A stretch of 24,000 bases of DNA from NCBI RefSeq assembly GCF_002918705.1, contig NZ_PQKR01000015.1, forward strand, positions 1 to 24,000. The letters are read 5' to 3'. This document shows positions 23,220-24,000 of the stretch, piece after piece. Numbering within the stretch: position 1 is the stretch's first letter; the number at the start of each line of letters is the position of its first letter. Source of the DNA: Escherichia sp. ESNIH1 (GTDB taxonomy: Bacteria > Pseudomonadota > Gammaproteobacteria > Enterobacterales > Enterobacteriaceae). The position numbers and the translations under genes were made by a program. Below the pieces are notes generated by a model that saw only the letters and a list, made by a program, of their open reading frames with translations, was not told the origin of the DNA and made no database searches.

Positions 23220-24000
23220 ATCAGTTCCCGCTCGAATTGCCGACGCCGCTCGCTTGGGCCGGTGTAATCGGCCATGCTGAGCGTGCGGTGGTTGATCGCT
23301 TCCTCGCCGCTCTCCACGGCGACGAGGGCCGCCGCCATCAGCAAGTGCGCCAGTTCGCCGATGGTGCCCTCGCTGCGTGTGAGCAGGTAGCGGGCCATGT
23401 CCAGCGTGGCAATCGACGAGGGTCGCCGCAATGGAAGCGAAGCGGCGAAGCTGGCCAGCAGTGAGCAGCAATCGTCGTTGGCCTCCCACACCGGCAGCAT
23501 CATGGGCTCGAAGCGGTTTTCCAATTGGTCATCCGAGCGGATGGCCAGGTAGGCGTCGCGCGTGCCGACCCCGACCAATGGGATGCGCAGCTCATTGCCG
23601 AGGAAGCGCAGCAGGTTGAGAAATTCCCGCCGGTTGACGCTGTTGCCGGCCAAGACGTTGTGCAGCTCGTCGATCACCAGCATGCGCACGCCGACCTTGC
23701 GCAGCAGTGCCAGCGCCAGTTGCTCCATTTCCGGCAGCCGTGGGCGCGGGCGCAATGGTGCCCCCATCGCGGCAAGTAGCGCGACGTAGAAGCGGATCAC
23801 CGACGGTTCGGACGGCATCTGCACGACCAGCACCGGCATGTGTTCCTGGTCCGCGTCGGAGCTGGCCGGATGCGTGCGCCGGAATTTCTCGATGATCATC
23901 GACTTGCCGTTGTTGGTCGGGCCAACCAGCAGCAGGTTGGGCATGCGTTGCTTGTTTGGCCACGCATACAGGGTTTCCAGCCGGTTCAGCGCCTCGACCG
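23216..24000 (-). CDS. tniB: AAA+ ATPase transposition protein TniB, 5' end beyond the window
   Basis: ...VEALNRLETLYAWPNKQRMPNLLLVGPTNNGKSMIIEKFRRTHP...RMLVIDELHNVLAGNS... contains Walker A GPTNNGKS and Walker B LVIDELH. The frame is open to position 24000. Confidence 0.92.
   Translation of the reverse strand, partial: VEALNRLETLYAWPNKQRMPNLLLVGPTNNGKSMIIEKFRRTHPASSDADQEHMPVLVVQMPSEPSVIRFYVALLAAMGAPLRPRPRLPEMEQLALALLRKVGVRMLVIDELHNVLAGNSVNRREFLNLLRFLGNELRIPLVGVGTRDAYLAIRSDDQLENRFEPMMLPVWEANDDCCSLLASFAASLPLRRPSSIATLDMARYLLTRSEGTIGELAHLLMAAALVAVESGEEAINHRTLSMADYTGPSERRRQFERELM

Overview
Mosaic, enterobacterial-plasmid-type accessory region made of nested mobile elements. No rRNA, tRNA or CRISPR was seen.

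Layout, left to right:
(1) 1-3201: an IS3-family transposase stub abuts a 5'-truncated 559-aa ORF with tandem internal repeats (possibly the C-terminal part of a relaxase). A candidate promoter-to-terminator unit follows. Next is a two-gene minus-strand cluster of unknown function with a terminator-like hairpin inside it.
(2) 3202-9626: a 38-bp Tn3-family terminal inverted repeat (IR) is followed by an E. coli-type lac operon. It has lacI, a complete control region (CAP site, promoter, O1/O2/O3), lacZ and lacY. lacA is cut after about 46 codons by an IS1 end.
(3) 9627-13544: that IS1 is itself cut by the IRtnp end of a Tn1696/Tn21-subfamily tnp module (tnpA, tnpR, partial res). Its tnpA has a 1-bp frameshift and an exact 1.3-kb inversion of its middle third.
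(4) 13545-24000: a Tn5053/Tn402-family 'res-hunter' transposon is inserted in that res region. Its 25-bp IR is at 13545, and tniR-res-tniQ-tniB run off the right edge. It carries two mercury modules, each headed by a Tn21-type 38-bp IRmer relic plus merR: merR1-merT-merP-merA-merG-merB1-merD1(nonsense) and merR2-merB2-merD2-merE. This organisation is like the one I recall for Pseudomonas K-62 pMR26.

Most of the window is therefore explained by known families. The points most worth a second look are the tnpA inversion, the duplicated IRmer-merR heads with a sharply bounded identical patch, the Sel1-repeat merG, and the uncharacterised genes at 136-3144. All homology statements come from reading the translations and from memory of the families; no database search was possible.
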